From Octopus bimaculoides (Eukaryota): 64,000 bases of DNA. The stretch covers positions 16,294,967 to 16,358,966 of the forward strand of contig NC_068997.1 of NCBI RefSeq assembly GCF_001194135.2. The letters are read 5' to 3'. The translations under genes were made by a program, and so were the position numbers. Position 1 is the stretch's first letter, and every line of letters starts with the position of its first letter. A model generated the notes under the pieces. The model was not told the DNA's origin and did no database searches. It saw only the letters and a list, made by a program, of their open reading frames with translations. Below, piece by piece: positions 1 through 12,466 of the stretch.

Positions 1-115
1 TATATATATATAAATATACTCACACACTGTTGCGTGCACACACACATACACACCCACACTCACATACAGTATGTAAAGTAAATTAATTAAACTGTCTATA
101 TACATGTGTTTGTTG

Positions 116-150
<35 letters not shown>

Positions 151-589
151 CTGAAGTCAAGTTTGATTGGTTAACATTTTAAGTTTATCAATGAATAACA
201 CTTTTCTAAAATTCGTTTATGATTTAAGATTAATACAGGCGGAGACTACTAACCGTATAAAATATATATTTGAGACAAACCGATTCATCAGCTTCTGGGG
301 TAATTTATTTATTTATTCAATTTTCACATTCAATCTTACTCTGTCAATTTGTAAAATTTTTATCAACAAAGGCTTTTTACTCTTATTTTATTTTTTTTTT
401 TATCTGTTTTTCTATCTCATCTTGTCTATTCTTGTGTGTGTGTGGATTTATACATAAATACATACACACACACACATACATACATACATACATACATACA
501 CACTCACATTCATACATATATATATCGTGTGTGTATGTGTGTGTGTGTGTTTTCTTTTAAATTAACTATCAATCTTTTCAAGGTTGTAT

Positions 590-720
590 GTAGCCGCTAC
601 GGGATCGCTTGACTTGTTAGAAACAGAAGCCAAATTTCCGTCAAACCACAACCTATCTTTAAAAAGAGATGATGCACTTATTGGTTGATTGTTGTCATGT
701 TATCAGATTGCTGATGGGAT
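590..720 (+). repeat. Dispersed repeat fragment (second SINE-like family, here 'family C')
   Basis: GCTTGACTTGTTAGAAACAGAAGCCAAATTTCCGTCAAACCACAACC; related motifs recur inverted at ~26.3, ~28.2 and ~38.3 kb (GGTTTGGTTGCTATCTCTAGC). Confidence 0.5.
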
Positions 721-1796
721 TGTCACAGCAGAAGCGCCTTCGGTCCATAGGCCTTCTGAATCGGAGCTGACCCAGGACGATATGCGACAACAACCGATGT
801 TTATTTTTATTCTCTAACTGTAACTTCATATGTATCGCACACACACACACACACACACACACGACTCTTCACCGGAATCGGATCTTGTAGTTGCTAAATT
901 CCACTCATAAGTATATATATACTTTCAGGCCGCTCACTTTCTACATAGTTTTGCATTTAAATATCAGTTTGTGAAGAATAGTGCTAAAAATGTTAAAAAA
1001 AGGTTAAAGAATAATATACACACATGAATAATATATACACTGTTTCAAAAGTATGCTGTTGGAAAACAGATTTCCAAGCGTATGAAGTGTGAGTGGTTGT
1101 GGAAGCCGTCAAACACGGAAGTCCCTGGTCGGAGATGATAAATCAGTGTGATCTCGTCAGGTTTTTCCATATCAGATCAATAGTGAAGCTATATCGTTCG
1201 TGTTGTTCTTTTTTCTTATTACTGTAATAATATTGGTGTCAAAAACGTGAAATCGAATGCGCTAACACAGAAATCGAAACCAGAATGCTGATTCGTCGTC
1301 TCTCTAGTCATGAAAGAAAGGGAAGTAGCACGAGTTTTAGAACTGGGACATATTACTCTACTGACCTACTGCCGCTCGACAAAACATGAATTTCAAAACT
1401 TTTCTGCTTGACCATATTATAATCCTCCAGATTCGTAGAGTCAGGGACCCGATTTCAGTTCCAGTCTTTCTTTTATTTTAGCTTCTTAGAGTCCTCTATA
1501 CGGAAAACGATAATGTCGGTCCGCCAACCCACCTCAACTTTACTCTTTAAAATAAAGCGATCGAGCTTTTTCCTCGTAAATAGGAATATTGTGAGTTTAA
1601 ATTTTTCTGTTAAGAGCCACTTCACTTTTTATCCTCTCGGAGTCATCGAAAATAATTGAGTATATCGATTACTACCTATCTTCAAAATTGTGTTGCTTCT
1701 CATCGCCTCGGGGTTGATAAAATGAAGTTCTGTGGTCGATGGTTTCAATTAAACCCCCTCCGTTAAGACTACTGGTCATGTGCCAACACTTAAAAC

Positions 1797-1831
<35 letters not shown>

Positions 1832-2084
1832 GACGTGGGAATAGAACTAAAAAGGAACTGGATGCCCTTTCAGGTAAGGGCAATCTTGTGGGGTTCCCTG
1901 TTTTGCTCAGGTGGTTGTCTCCTTCAGACGTTTGATGCCTTATTTTATGCTTCTTGTTTTTTTCCCCTTTTACATGGTTCTACGTAAACGCTGCCAGTTT
2001 TTGCTGTTTGTCGTCGTAATAATATCTCGTTCGTTGCTTTCGTGGCAAATAAAGAAACTCTTATTTATAATCATTATTAATATC

Positions 2085-2265
2085 GAGCTGGCCGAATCGC
2101 TAGCGTGCCGGACAAACTGCTTTATGTTCTGAGTTCAATTCCGCTGAGGATGAACTTTGCCTTTTATTCTTTCGGGGTCGATAAAATAAGTACCAGTCGA
2201 GCACTGGGAGATAGATTTGATAAACTAACCCTTCTCCCCCAAATTTTAGGCCTTTTGCCTATAGT
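2085..2265 (+). mobile_element. tRNA-derived SINE (family A), CpG-intact copy
   Basis: A-box-like TGGCCGAATCG, B-box-like GTTCAATTCC, body TTCGGGGTCGATAAAATAAGTACCAGT shared with many copies in the window; resembles the abundant Octopus tRNA-SINEs. Confidence 0.85.
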
Positions 2266-3058
2266 TGAAGGAATTATTATTATTTGAGAAACAAGGTGAG
2301 AAATACTGGAAGGGTTACGGGAAGTTGAGCTAATAGCAGAGACAATTGTGTTTACTAATTAACCGAACTCTGAATGTATGTATATAGTATATTGTTTTAG
2401 AGTGACCTCAACGTGGCATCTTAACTGTCTTCACACATCCAAAGCAGTCTTTCTTTCTCTATGTGTCTCTGTTTATACGACTAGACGTTACAAACACACA
2501 CACATACACTACTCTTGTTTCATTTTCTGTTTTGTTCCTTTAAAAATAAAAAAAATCCTCCGTAAAGTGTACAAAAAACAAAAAAAATCCCCCCCAGAAT
2601 TTTTTGTTTTACACAGTCACGCACACATACACACACGCAAGCAAGCAAGCAAGCTGATATCATTACACAGACACACAGACACATAGGGTGGTAAGCGCGC
2701 GCGTGTGTGTGTGAGTGTATANNNNNNNNNNNNNNNNNNNNNNNNNNNNNNNNNNNNNNNNNNNNNNNNNNNNNNNNNNNNNNNNNNNNNNNNNNNNNNN
2801 NNNNNNNNNNNNNNNNNNNNNNNNNNNNNNNNNNNNNNNNNNNNNNNNNNNNNNNNNNNNNNNNNNNNNNNNNNNNNNNNNNNNNNNNNNNNNNNNNNNN
2901 NNNNNNNNNNNNNNNNNNNNNNNNNNNNNNNNNNNNNNNNNNNNNNNNNNNNNNNNNNNNNNNNNNNNNNNNNNNNNNNNNNNNNNNNNNNNNNNNNNNN
3001 NNNNNNNNNNNNNNNNNNNNNNNNNNNNNNNNNNNNNNNNNNNNNNNNNNNNTGTGTG

Positions 3059-3093
<35 letters not shown>

Positions 3094-4320
3094 ATTTACG
3101 TATCTATGATAAATATACACACGCAAACACGAACTATACACATAATTGTGCTAATTTTGCAGGTCCCTTCAGGTATCTCTCCCTATGGCCTGACGGGTAG
3201 CTCTGTTGCTGCCCTTGTTTTCGGTCTTCTTTGATATTGCTACTTACCCCCCCCCCACTCTTCCAACATACAAAACATGCACATAATGAAATAACGATAC
3301 TGGAAGATTTCTTCAAGTTGCATTTTGCAAAAGTGCTGATTACTCTACTTGTGCTGATGAGCTGAAAATAATTTTCGATGGATTGATATAGGCCCAAGGA
3401 GGGGAAAACAAACAAACAAACAAACAAAAAAACAGTAGCTTTAATGATTATTTATTCTCAGAATGATAGGGGAGAAAACTCCCTGAAATGAACCCAAGCT
3501 TAAGCTTTGGTGATTAGGTGATTTCTGAGAGAAAATTGTCATGAACGCTAATTACTTTTAGCTCCGTACTACAATGATGATAGCTTGCACTTAACTATAT
3601 ATTCACTTTGCAGAGGGTGCACTTGAAATTTCAAATGTCCTTTATTAACTTGTCTCATCAATTGAGTGTTCACACGATATTTTTTTGCTGTTCTGAGAGC
3701 TTAGTAGTTGAGGAAGTCGAATAAGTCCGAAACAGCCGGAATTGGTAATGCGGTTAGTCTGCCTGTTATCGCCATTGAATGAACTTCATTTAAATTTAAT
3801 TTTTGTTTGATTGAAGTTTCGAGAATTCTCTGTTGCTTTATCTGAAAGTAAACGTTCATTAATGAAAATTACTTCATTTATTAGAGTTTTAATTTTAATT
3901 ATCAAAAATTATGGGTGCTTTATCTCCTCTACTTCATAAAGAGATGCTAAGAAGTAATTATCATAGGTGCTGTTGTCAAACAATTATTTGCTGCGGTTCC
4001 CTAGTTTATCTTTTATTCTTTCTACACATTTTGGTGGCTGTATTTCTGGAAACTTTCTCCTCCATCTAACTTGGGTTGTAAACCCGAAACCCTCTCTGTG
4101 AATTCGTTGAAGAATAAATATGAGTATGAACTGGAACAATCCTCTCTTCCCCCACGTTTTTTTTTTAACCCTTGCTGCTTCTAATATACAGTGTCATGAA
4201 CATTTCTTCATGGGGTCGATAAAAGACAACAAATATTAGAACTTATTCAGAGTTTAAGGGGCCAACTTGGGAGACCATTTCAAAGAGTATGGGATTATTA
4301 GACAACGATAAGGCACCGAT

Positions 4321-4430
4321 CTTAGCAGAATCGTTAGCAACATTTCGGTCCGCCTTCACGTACAGACTTCAGATTCCGCCGAGGTAGACTGGCTCCCTCC
4401 CCACAAATATCAAGCCTTGTGCTTTATTAT
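4321..4430 (+). mobile_element. Partial family A SINE
   Basis: GCAGAATCGTTAGC...CAGATTCCGCCGAGGTAGACT matches the family head; CpGs retained. Confidence 0.65.
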
Positions 4431-5999
4431 TAGATAACCGTAGCTCTAAATAAAAAGACGGGGTGATCAGTGCTGGAACGTCTTTGACCTTTGGATCAGG
4501 TCTGGCAAAGCTAAACTAGGATGGAAAATATTTATGGGGGGTGGATTTTTATTTCGTTATTACACAACACAGGGGAAGCTCCCGACTTACGTAAGCTGCA
4601 CCTGGTTTTGACTTTGCATTTATGAAATAGCTTCTCAGAATGTCACATTAGATAACGTTGCTATTAGCAATATTTCTGTTGTTGCTAAAAATGTTGAACT
4701 GTCCTGGTCAAGTTGTGCTCGAACGAGTCACATGTTCACAGAGGTAATCCAAAAGAAATGCGACTGTAATAAAAACAGATTTGTTGTAGTCGATCGGTGT
4801 CTTGGAGCGTCCGGTCAATGTTTGAAATCTTGTCCCATTCTACCTATAAAGCTACTTCTATTTTAAAAAGAAATACGCAGTCTAAGAGGTGGTGGTCTAT
4901 ATTTGCAAAGAGATCGAAGAGAGAGAATTTTAACCGATAAATTAAGAAAGTGGAGACACTACACATTGACCCAGGTTCTAATTAACACAATCATTATTAA
5001 TCACCTCTATGCGCCAAAATACTTCTCCAGCCACGCTTCTGCACGAACCTCTTTAGCCATAGTAAGTTGTGTAAGATGTATATGTATATATATATATATA
5101 TACCATCGCGATTGAGTCATGTTTTTCCACATGCACAAACAATATGGATATAAACGGTCATATGTCATATCTGTGCAAGCAGTTCCAATCCAAAGCCATT
5201 TTTTTCTAGGGATTTACGTGGAAGTTCTGTTGTTTTTATATTCCAATTTTTCTTCCGGCTAGTAAGCTATTTACTATTGCCACTTTGCATTATGGTTTTT
5301 ACATTGTACTCTTCCCTCACACACACACACACACACACACACAATAAACATATATATATATATATATATATATNNNNNNNNNNNNNNNNNNNNNNNNNNN
5401 NNNNNNNNNNNNNNNNNNNNNNNNNNNNNNNNNNNNNNNNNNNNNNNNNNNNNNNNNNNNNNNNNNNNNNNNNNNNNNNNNNNNNNNNNNNNNNNNNNNN
5501 NNNNNNNNNNNNNNNNNNNNNNNNNNNNNNNNNNNNNNNNNNNNNNNNNNNNNNNNNNNNNNNNNNNNNNNNNNNNNNNNNNNNNNNNNNNNNNNNNNNN
5601 NNNNNNNNNNNNNNNNNNNNNNNNNNNNNNNNNNNNNNNNNNNNNNNNNNNNNNNNNNNNNNNNNNNNNNNNNNNNNNNNNNNNNNNNNNNNNNNNNNNN
5701 NNNNNNNNNNNNNNNNNNNNNNNNNNNNNNNNNNNNNNNNNNNNNNNNNNNNNNNNNNNNNNNNNNNNNNNNNNNNNNNNNNNNNNNNNNNNNNNNNNNN
5801 NNNNNNNNNNNNNNNNNNNNNNNNNNNNNNNNNNNNNNNNNNNNNNNNNNNNNNNNNNNNNNNNNNNNNNNNNNNNNNNNNNNNNNNNNNNNNNNNNNNN
5901 NNNNNNNNNNNNNNNNNNNNNNNNNNNNNNNNNNNNNNNNNNNNNNNNNNNNNNNNATATATATATATATATATATACATCTTGCAGACAAATATCGTG

Positions 6000-8900
6000 G
6001 GTCTACGTATTTCTTAAACTAATTCGGTTTTTTTTTTTTGCCCGCCCCCTCCAGCTAGCAACAACAAACGAGAAATCAAATCTAAATTCAGCTACCCGAA
6101 CATATATAAAAACAAAAAAAGAATTGTATCTGGGTGGGGTAGACACGAGCTAAGAAGCCGCAGTGGCCGGCTGGTTGTATAGCTAGTGGCTATACGAACG
6201 GAGCCGAGACCAGCTAGGGAGTGTGGTGCTAGAACACAAATGGAAATGATCATCTTCCTCTCTTCTTTCTTTTTTTTTTTTGCAGCCTCTTCAGTTTTTT
6301 TGCTTAACTTTAAAAACTCCTATCTTTTAGTTATAGGGAAAAAAACTGAACAAAAAGTAAAAGTCAAATTGTCTTTGTTTTGTTTTGTAGTGTAGGTTGT
6401 TTTTAGTTGTTGATAACTGTTTGTGGTTGTTGTTGATAGTCGAAATCGTGGGGTTCCTGTTTGTGTATGTATATATATATATATACATAATTATATAGAT
6501 ATATAGTGAGAGAGAGAGAGAGAGAGAGATGTGTATATAAATGTATGTATGTGTACGAAGGCGGAAAATCCTCAACGCAACGACGGCAAGAAAAGGGAGA
6601 ATGTAGAGGGAGGAGGAGGAGATATTAGGAGGTTCAATCTACGAAACAGCAGTAGTAGTAGTAGTAGTTAGAAGACGGGAGAATGGAGAAAATAGAGAGG
6701 AGGAGAAAGAAGAAGTAGAGAAATTAAAAGATGAGACGATAGAGAGAAAGAGAAAAAGGTCACATATCAAGGTGTCTAAATTCCCACACGCCTTCCCCTT
6801 CGCCTCTCATTAACCGCCTCCCACTGCCTTTTAATTCTCTCTCTCTCTCTCTCTCTCTGCTCATTTACTCACCCTCTTTTTGTTTCTCTTTAATACAATC
6901 TGTCACTCTCTTTCAGTAGTCTGACCTTGTTCTCTGAGATTAATAAATGAAGAAGGAAAAAAGACAGAATAGAGATAGAGAAGGAGTGTCTGTGTTTGCG
7001 TGTGTGTGTGTGTCTAATGAGAAAGAGAGAGAGAAAGAGCTAGAGCTTGGCAAAGCTTTTTCGCTCGCATACAAACTGCTACTGTATGTTGTGCTTGTTT
7101 GGTGTTTCTTTTTAATACCATGCTTCTCGTCACCGCTTGAACAAGCAAGCCACACGTTACAGACACATCATCCACATCTTTGTATATATATATATATATA
7201 TACATACATATATATATATATATAAATGTATGTATACGCACGTATGAAAAGGATTTACTTTTTCGGATTTTCTTTTTTTTCTATTTATAACATAAAATAT
7301 AGTGTATAGTAAAAAAAAACACACCAGCGACGTGAACCCCGTCTATAACAACAACAATAATAATAATAATAATAATAACAACAACAACAATTGCAAGTAT
7401 TGTTTTTGTTAGAACATCCACGGAACCTTTAATCTCTACCCACAACGTGAAGATCGTACCTTAATTTGTATTTTTAAATGGTTGACTCAGCTCTGAAGAG
7501 AAATATTATTTTATAGAGGTGATTCTTTATTTCTACCGTTCTTCCTTTCTCTTTATTATTTTGTTTGTTTGTTTTGTTTCGCACCTCTGTTGTATATAGT
7601 TTGTTATGTCTTACATTTGTTTTACGTTATTATCAGTCTTTTTGTTTTCTCTTTCTTATTTTTTTTACATTTTTCTTAAACATTACATTTATATTAACTT
7701 TTTTTCTTTCTCTCTTCAAGTCATTAACTTGTATCATTTTGGTATTATTATTATTATTAATTAACACATATACATATTTTTGTCCTTGTCTCCTTTCTCT
7801 TTCTTTTTAATGTTGTATGTGCGTGTTTCGGTACCAATTAACAAATTTAGAATATTTCAATGGGTTAAGTAAAACGGGTGACCACTGCTTCTCTCTCTCT
7901 TTCCCCATCACTCACTTTCGACGTGTTTGCGCGCGCGCGTGTGTGAACGTGTGCGCGTGTTCGTAGAACTATGTTTGAATGCGTGTCTGCTTTAGAATAA
8001 TTGTTTTCATTGCTTACTGGCTCTGTTGGCTGTGGTGGTGACTGAGAGAATATATATATATGTATATACAATACATATAGGTATATATATACAATACATA
8101 TAGGTATATATGTTGTCCAAACACATGAGATGTAGTTGTTTGGTGAAAGATAACAGATAACATGTTATTGTGGGGACGGAGAAGGATGCTGTATCAGAGT
8201 TACCTCCCTTGGCATTTTGTGCAGCGGAAGAGAAAAAAACGATTCCCCCTCACACACCTACACCTCGTGTTGGTTTTGTTTATTTACATGGATCGGCACC
8301 ACCACCACCATCACCATCACCACCGTCATCATCATCATCATCATCATCATACCCGTCATCATCAATAAGCAGAAGCCGGAACTGTGGGCAAAACCACGCG
8401 TCATTCAGTAACAGACATGTTATTCCTCACATTTTTCACTATTACCACGACTACCAAAATCACATGTCAAGGAAGATAGATAAACAGGCATCAGGAATAC
8501 ATTATATATATANNNNNNNNNNNNNNNNNNNNNNNNNNNNNNNNNNNNNNNNNNNNNNNNNNNNNNNNNNNNNNNNNNNNNNNNNNNNNNNNNNNNNNNN
8601 NNNNNNNNNNNNNNNNNNNNNNNNNNNNNNNNNNNNNNNNNNNNNNNNNNNNNNNNNNNNNNNNNNNNNNNNNNNNNNNNNNNNNNNNNNNNNNNNNNNN
8701 NNNNNNNNNNNNNNNNNNNNNNNNNNNNNNNNNNNNNNNNNNNNNNNNNNNNNNNNNNNNNNNNNNNNNNNNNNNNNNNNNNNNNNNNNNNNNNNNNNNN
8801 NNNNNNNNNNNNNNNNNNNNNNNNNNNNNNNNNNNNNNNNNNNNNNNNNNNNNNNNNNNNNNNNNNNNNNNNNNNNNNNNNNNNNNNNNNNNNNNNNNNN

Positions 8901-9729
8901 NNNNNNNNNNNNNNNNNNNNNNNNNNNNNNNNNNNNNNNNNNNNNNNNNNNNNNNNNNNNNNNNNNNNNNNNNNNNNNNNNNNNNNNNNNNNNNNNNNNN
9001 NNNNNNNNNNNNNNNNNNNNNNNNNNNNNNNNNNNNNNNNNNNNNNNNNNNNNNNNNNNNNNNNNNNNNNNNNNNNNNNNNNNNNNNNNNNNNNNNNNNN
9101 NNNNNNNNNNNNNNNNNNNNNNNNNNNNNNNNNNNNNNNNNNNNNNNNNNNNNNNNNNNNNNNNNNNNNNNNNNNNNAAGGCAAACAAACAGAAAGGAAG
9201 ACAGTTGCGATCACTTTTCGACAGACACTCGTTCCGTTTCACACTATCTTTATTGAACATCGTCGACACTCTGTTATACATCTATAATTTCACTTTAATA
9301 TCGAACCTATAATCGACATCCACATCATAACTATATATGTTTTGTCCGCAATGTTTCCAAATAAACAACACTACTAGTTTCTCTCTCTCTCTCTCTCTCT
9401 CTCTCGCTCGCTCTCTCTGCGGAGAGAGAAAATACTGTCCCATGTTTACAGCGCCGTTGTGTTTCTGGAACTTCTCTCCTGTTTTCGCCGTACAGTCCAA
9501 TGCTGTCTCTCTATTTTATTTTTTATAAACTAGCTTTACATTTACTCATCTCATATTTTTGCATATATTCTCTCTACTGTGACTGTAGAAGTTGATTCTA
9601 CATCTACCTATGTATCTATCTGCCTTTTATTTCGATGTGTATATCATATACAACATCGAGGTAATTGGAAAAGACTGTCTTTCTTACTGCATCGCATATT
9701 GCACCTTCGAACTCGTCCAAACTGTAACT

Positions 9730-9778
<49 letters not shown>

Positions 9779-10026
9779 AGTGAATACTTCTAGGGAGCTA
9801 TTTCGACCCTTGAAAATGTGTTCTCCCTTCCTCATTCAGCAAGCAACCTCTAAACAAATTTACTCCGCTAGTTTCTCTCCGACCCCTCACCCATATCATT
9901 CTGTGAAAATAGTTTCAAAACTGACACTACTACTTATTCTAATCTTAAGCTAGCTGCTCCAAGGGCCAACGGGAATATTTTTTCGTTATTCTTCTATCTT
10001 CCTCTCCATATACATTCGAATATGTG

Positions 10027-10059
<33 letters not shown>

Positions 10060-10250
10060 ATTCGTATGTTTCCGTAGGAGGTAGCCGGGGAGAGAACTGG
10101 ATGAATTAACGTTGTGTGGATTGTTCCTTGAAGTTGTTATTGCTACACGCATAATGATATATATATATATGTAATATGTGTGTGTTTGAAAGAAAGAGAG
10201 AGAGAGAGAGAGAGACGTGTGTAGGCAAAATATTGTTTACGTATGTACGT
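6000..10250. promoter_or_regulatory. CpG-retaining, TE-poor region; likely promoter/5' end of a long gene
   Basis: Visibly higher CpG (GCCCGCCCC, GCCGCAGTGGCCGGC, GCGCGCGCGT) than DNA beyond ~11 kb; possible + donor GAG|GTAATT after 9660. TSS not locatable. Confidence 0.45.
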
Positions 10251-10378
10251 TCGTAATCTGACGTTAATTATTTCGGAAACAAATTATTTCGAAATCTCAG
10301 AAAGTTGCCTCTAGAGATGAATTTAAAGAGTGAGGGTGGTCTATCTTCTTGTGTGAGTGTAATGCTTCCGAGTGTGTT

Positions 10379-10416
<38 letters not shown>

Positions 10417-10542
10417 CATGTCTGTGTGTGCATGTGCGCGCCTGCGTGTACATATATACTTATATATGTACGTATACACGAACTCGTTTTTATTTTGCGT
10501 CTGTAATATATAAATATAAGTGTAAATATGTCTGAATACACA

Positions 10543-10620
<78 letters not shown>

Positions 10621-11089
10621 CATGTAAAGATTTATATCTATATGTACATGTAGGGATGTTTGTGTGTACGAGAGAGCTGCTTTATTGTTCATTATATTGA
10701 TGTAACTGATTATATATTATAATTGGAACTAGCGCATAATTACGAGGAAGATAATTATCAAACGTGTAAGTATATATANNNNNNNNNNNNNNNNNNNNNN
10801 NNNATATATATATATATATACAATCACAAGTTATTGTGATTTTACATATGAATGAATGAATGTGTGTGTGTGTGTGTGTGTATACTTGAATACGATAAAT
10901 GGATTTAGATATTGTACACACTTAGAAAACTAAGTCAAATTTAATATTGTTTCTAGAGGGAGCAATTATAGAAAGGAATTGTGTATTTTGTGTAAGTATA
11001 CGTTGCGGTAACTTAGCCACAAGCACACACGCATTAGTGTGTACGTCTTCATATGTATATATGTATGTACTTATACATGTGTGTGTAGG

Positions 11090-11124
<35 letters not shown>

Positions 11125-11839
11125 GCACGCACACATCCACATATACATATATATATATATGTGTGTGTGTGCATATGCATGTATATGTATATACACATAT
11201 GGATATGTGTGTGTATATATCAATGTATTCCTAACAACAAAGGAAATATCAAAATTATAATAATTATCACTATTATAACCAACGCAAATGCTTGTGTGTG
11301 TGTGTGTATAGATAGATAGATAGATATACCCTTTCATACACCACACACATTGAGAGAATTTACATATCAGTTCAAATCCTGGTTATTATCCTATTAGATG
11401 AAGTGATATAAAATTTATGTCATGAACTCTGTTCTGTCGGGTCATTGTCCTGAGCTAAGAACCTGTACTTCCATTTCCAACTCACAATTTTCAATGTAGT
11501 GTATATATATATATATATTTCTGCATGGGTGACTTGATTTGTTTGTGCATCTGTTAGTTTGTGTGTGTGTATATATGTGTTTTCATGTGCTTGCTTGTTT
11601 ATTAGTTGAAATAACTGATGTGGTCAGGTTTGCCCTTTGGGGCTGCTCCAGCTGTTTACATAACCAAGACGTCCCCACCCTCTCTCTGACTATAAAATAC
11701 CTAATGTTATTATGATGGGTCGTCTGTAAGATGGGTCGGCTCACAGTTTCATGGGCACCTAAAACCAATACCAGAAGTATAATACATCCTACTAAGTTAC
11801 CATTGATTGCAAGGTTCATCGGTGTGTGCGTGCTTGTGG

Positions 11840-11876
<37 letters not shown>

Positions 11877-12384
11877 TATGTATGTATGGATATGTGTGTA
11901 TGTATACACCTCACCATCATTTTATCGTCCACTGTTCCATGGCACAGATGGGCATGGTACATCTGCCATGGGCATTTTTCAATTTCTGTTTTACAGGATC
12001 CACTCAAGACTTTGGTCAATCTGGAGCTATGGTACCAGAGTTTTGGCTAAGGTGTCACACTAGGATTGAACCTGAAGCCATGTACCTGCAAAGGAGGCTT
12101 TTTACTCAGCCAGTTATGCTGCACATATATATATATATATATATATATATGCATGTATATAAACACACATCCACAGACATTTTCTTATCTATACACACAC
12201 ATACACCTATATCCATATGTATACATTTGTTTACATATACATGTATGTGTGTGTGTGTATCTGGATAGCCAATCACAACTTTACACACACATATGTACAT
12301 GTATTATGTCTGTGAAACAGTTGTGTGTGTGTATCCATGCATAAGTGAATTAATATAGAAACTCAGTTATGAAATATCTAATTA

Positions 12385-12391
12385 TCTTTGT

Positions 12392-12456
<65 letters not shown>

Positions 12457-12466
12457 TATATATATA
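12385..12466. repeat. (TA)n microsatellite, representative of dozens of TA/CA/GA/TAA/CAT/CAC tracts
   Basis: Direct inspection. Confidence 0.95.

Noticed and set aside
8288-8368. Poly-His mini ORF MDRHHHHHHHHHRHHHHHHHHTRHHQ
   Set aside because: Explained by a CAC/CAT microsatellite; similar tracts are common here. At most a uORF.
11937-11972. Imperfect hairpin CCATGGCACAGATG...CATCTGCCATGG
   Set aside because: Short, bulged and inside a decayed family D repeat; too small for a pre-miRNA.
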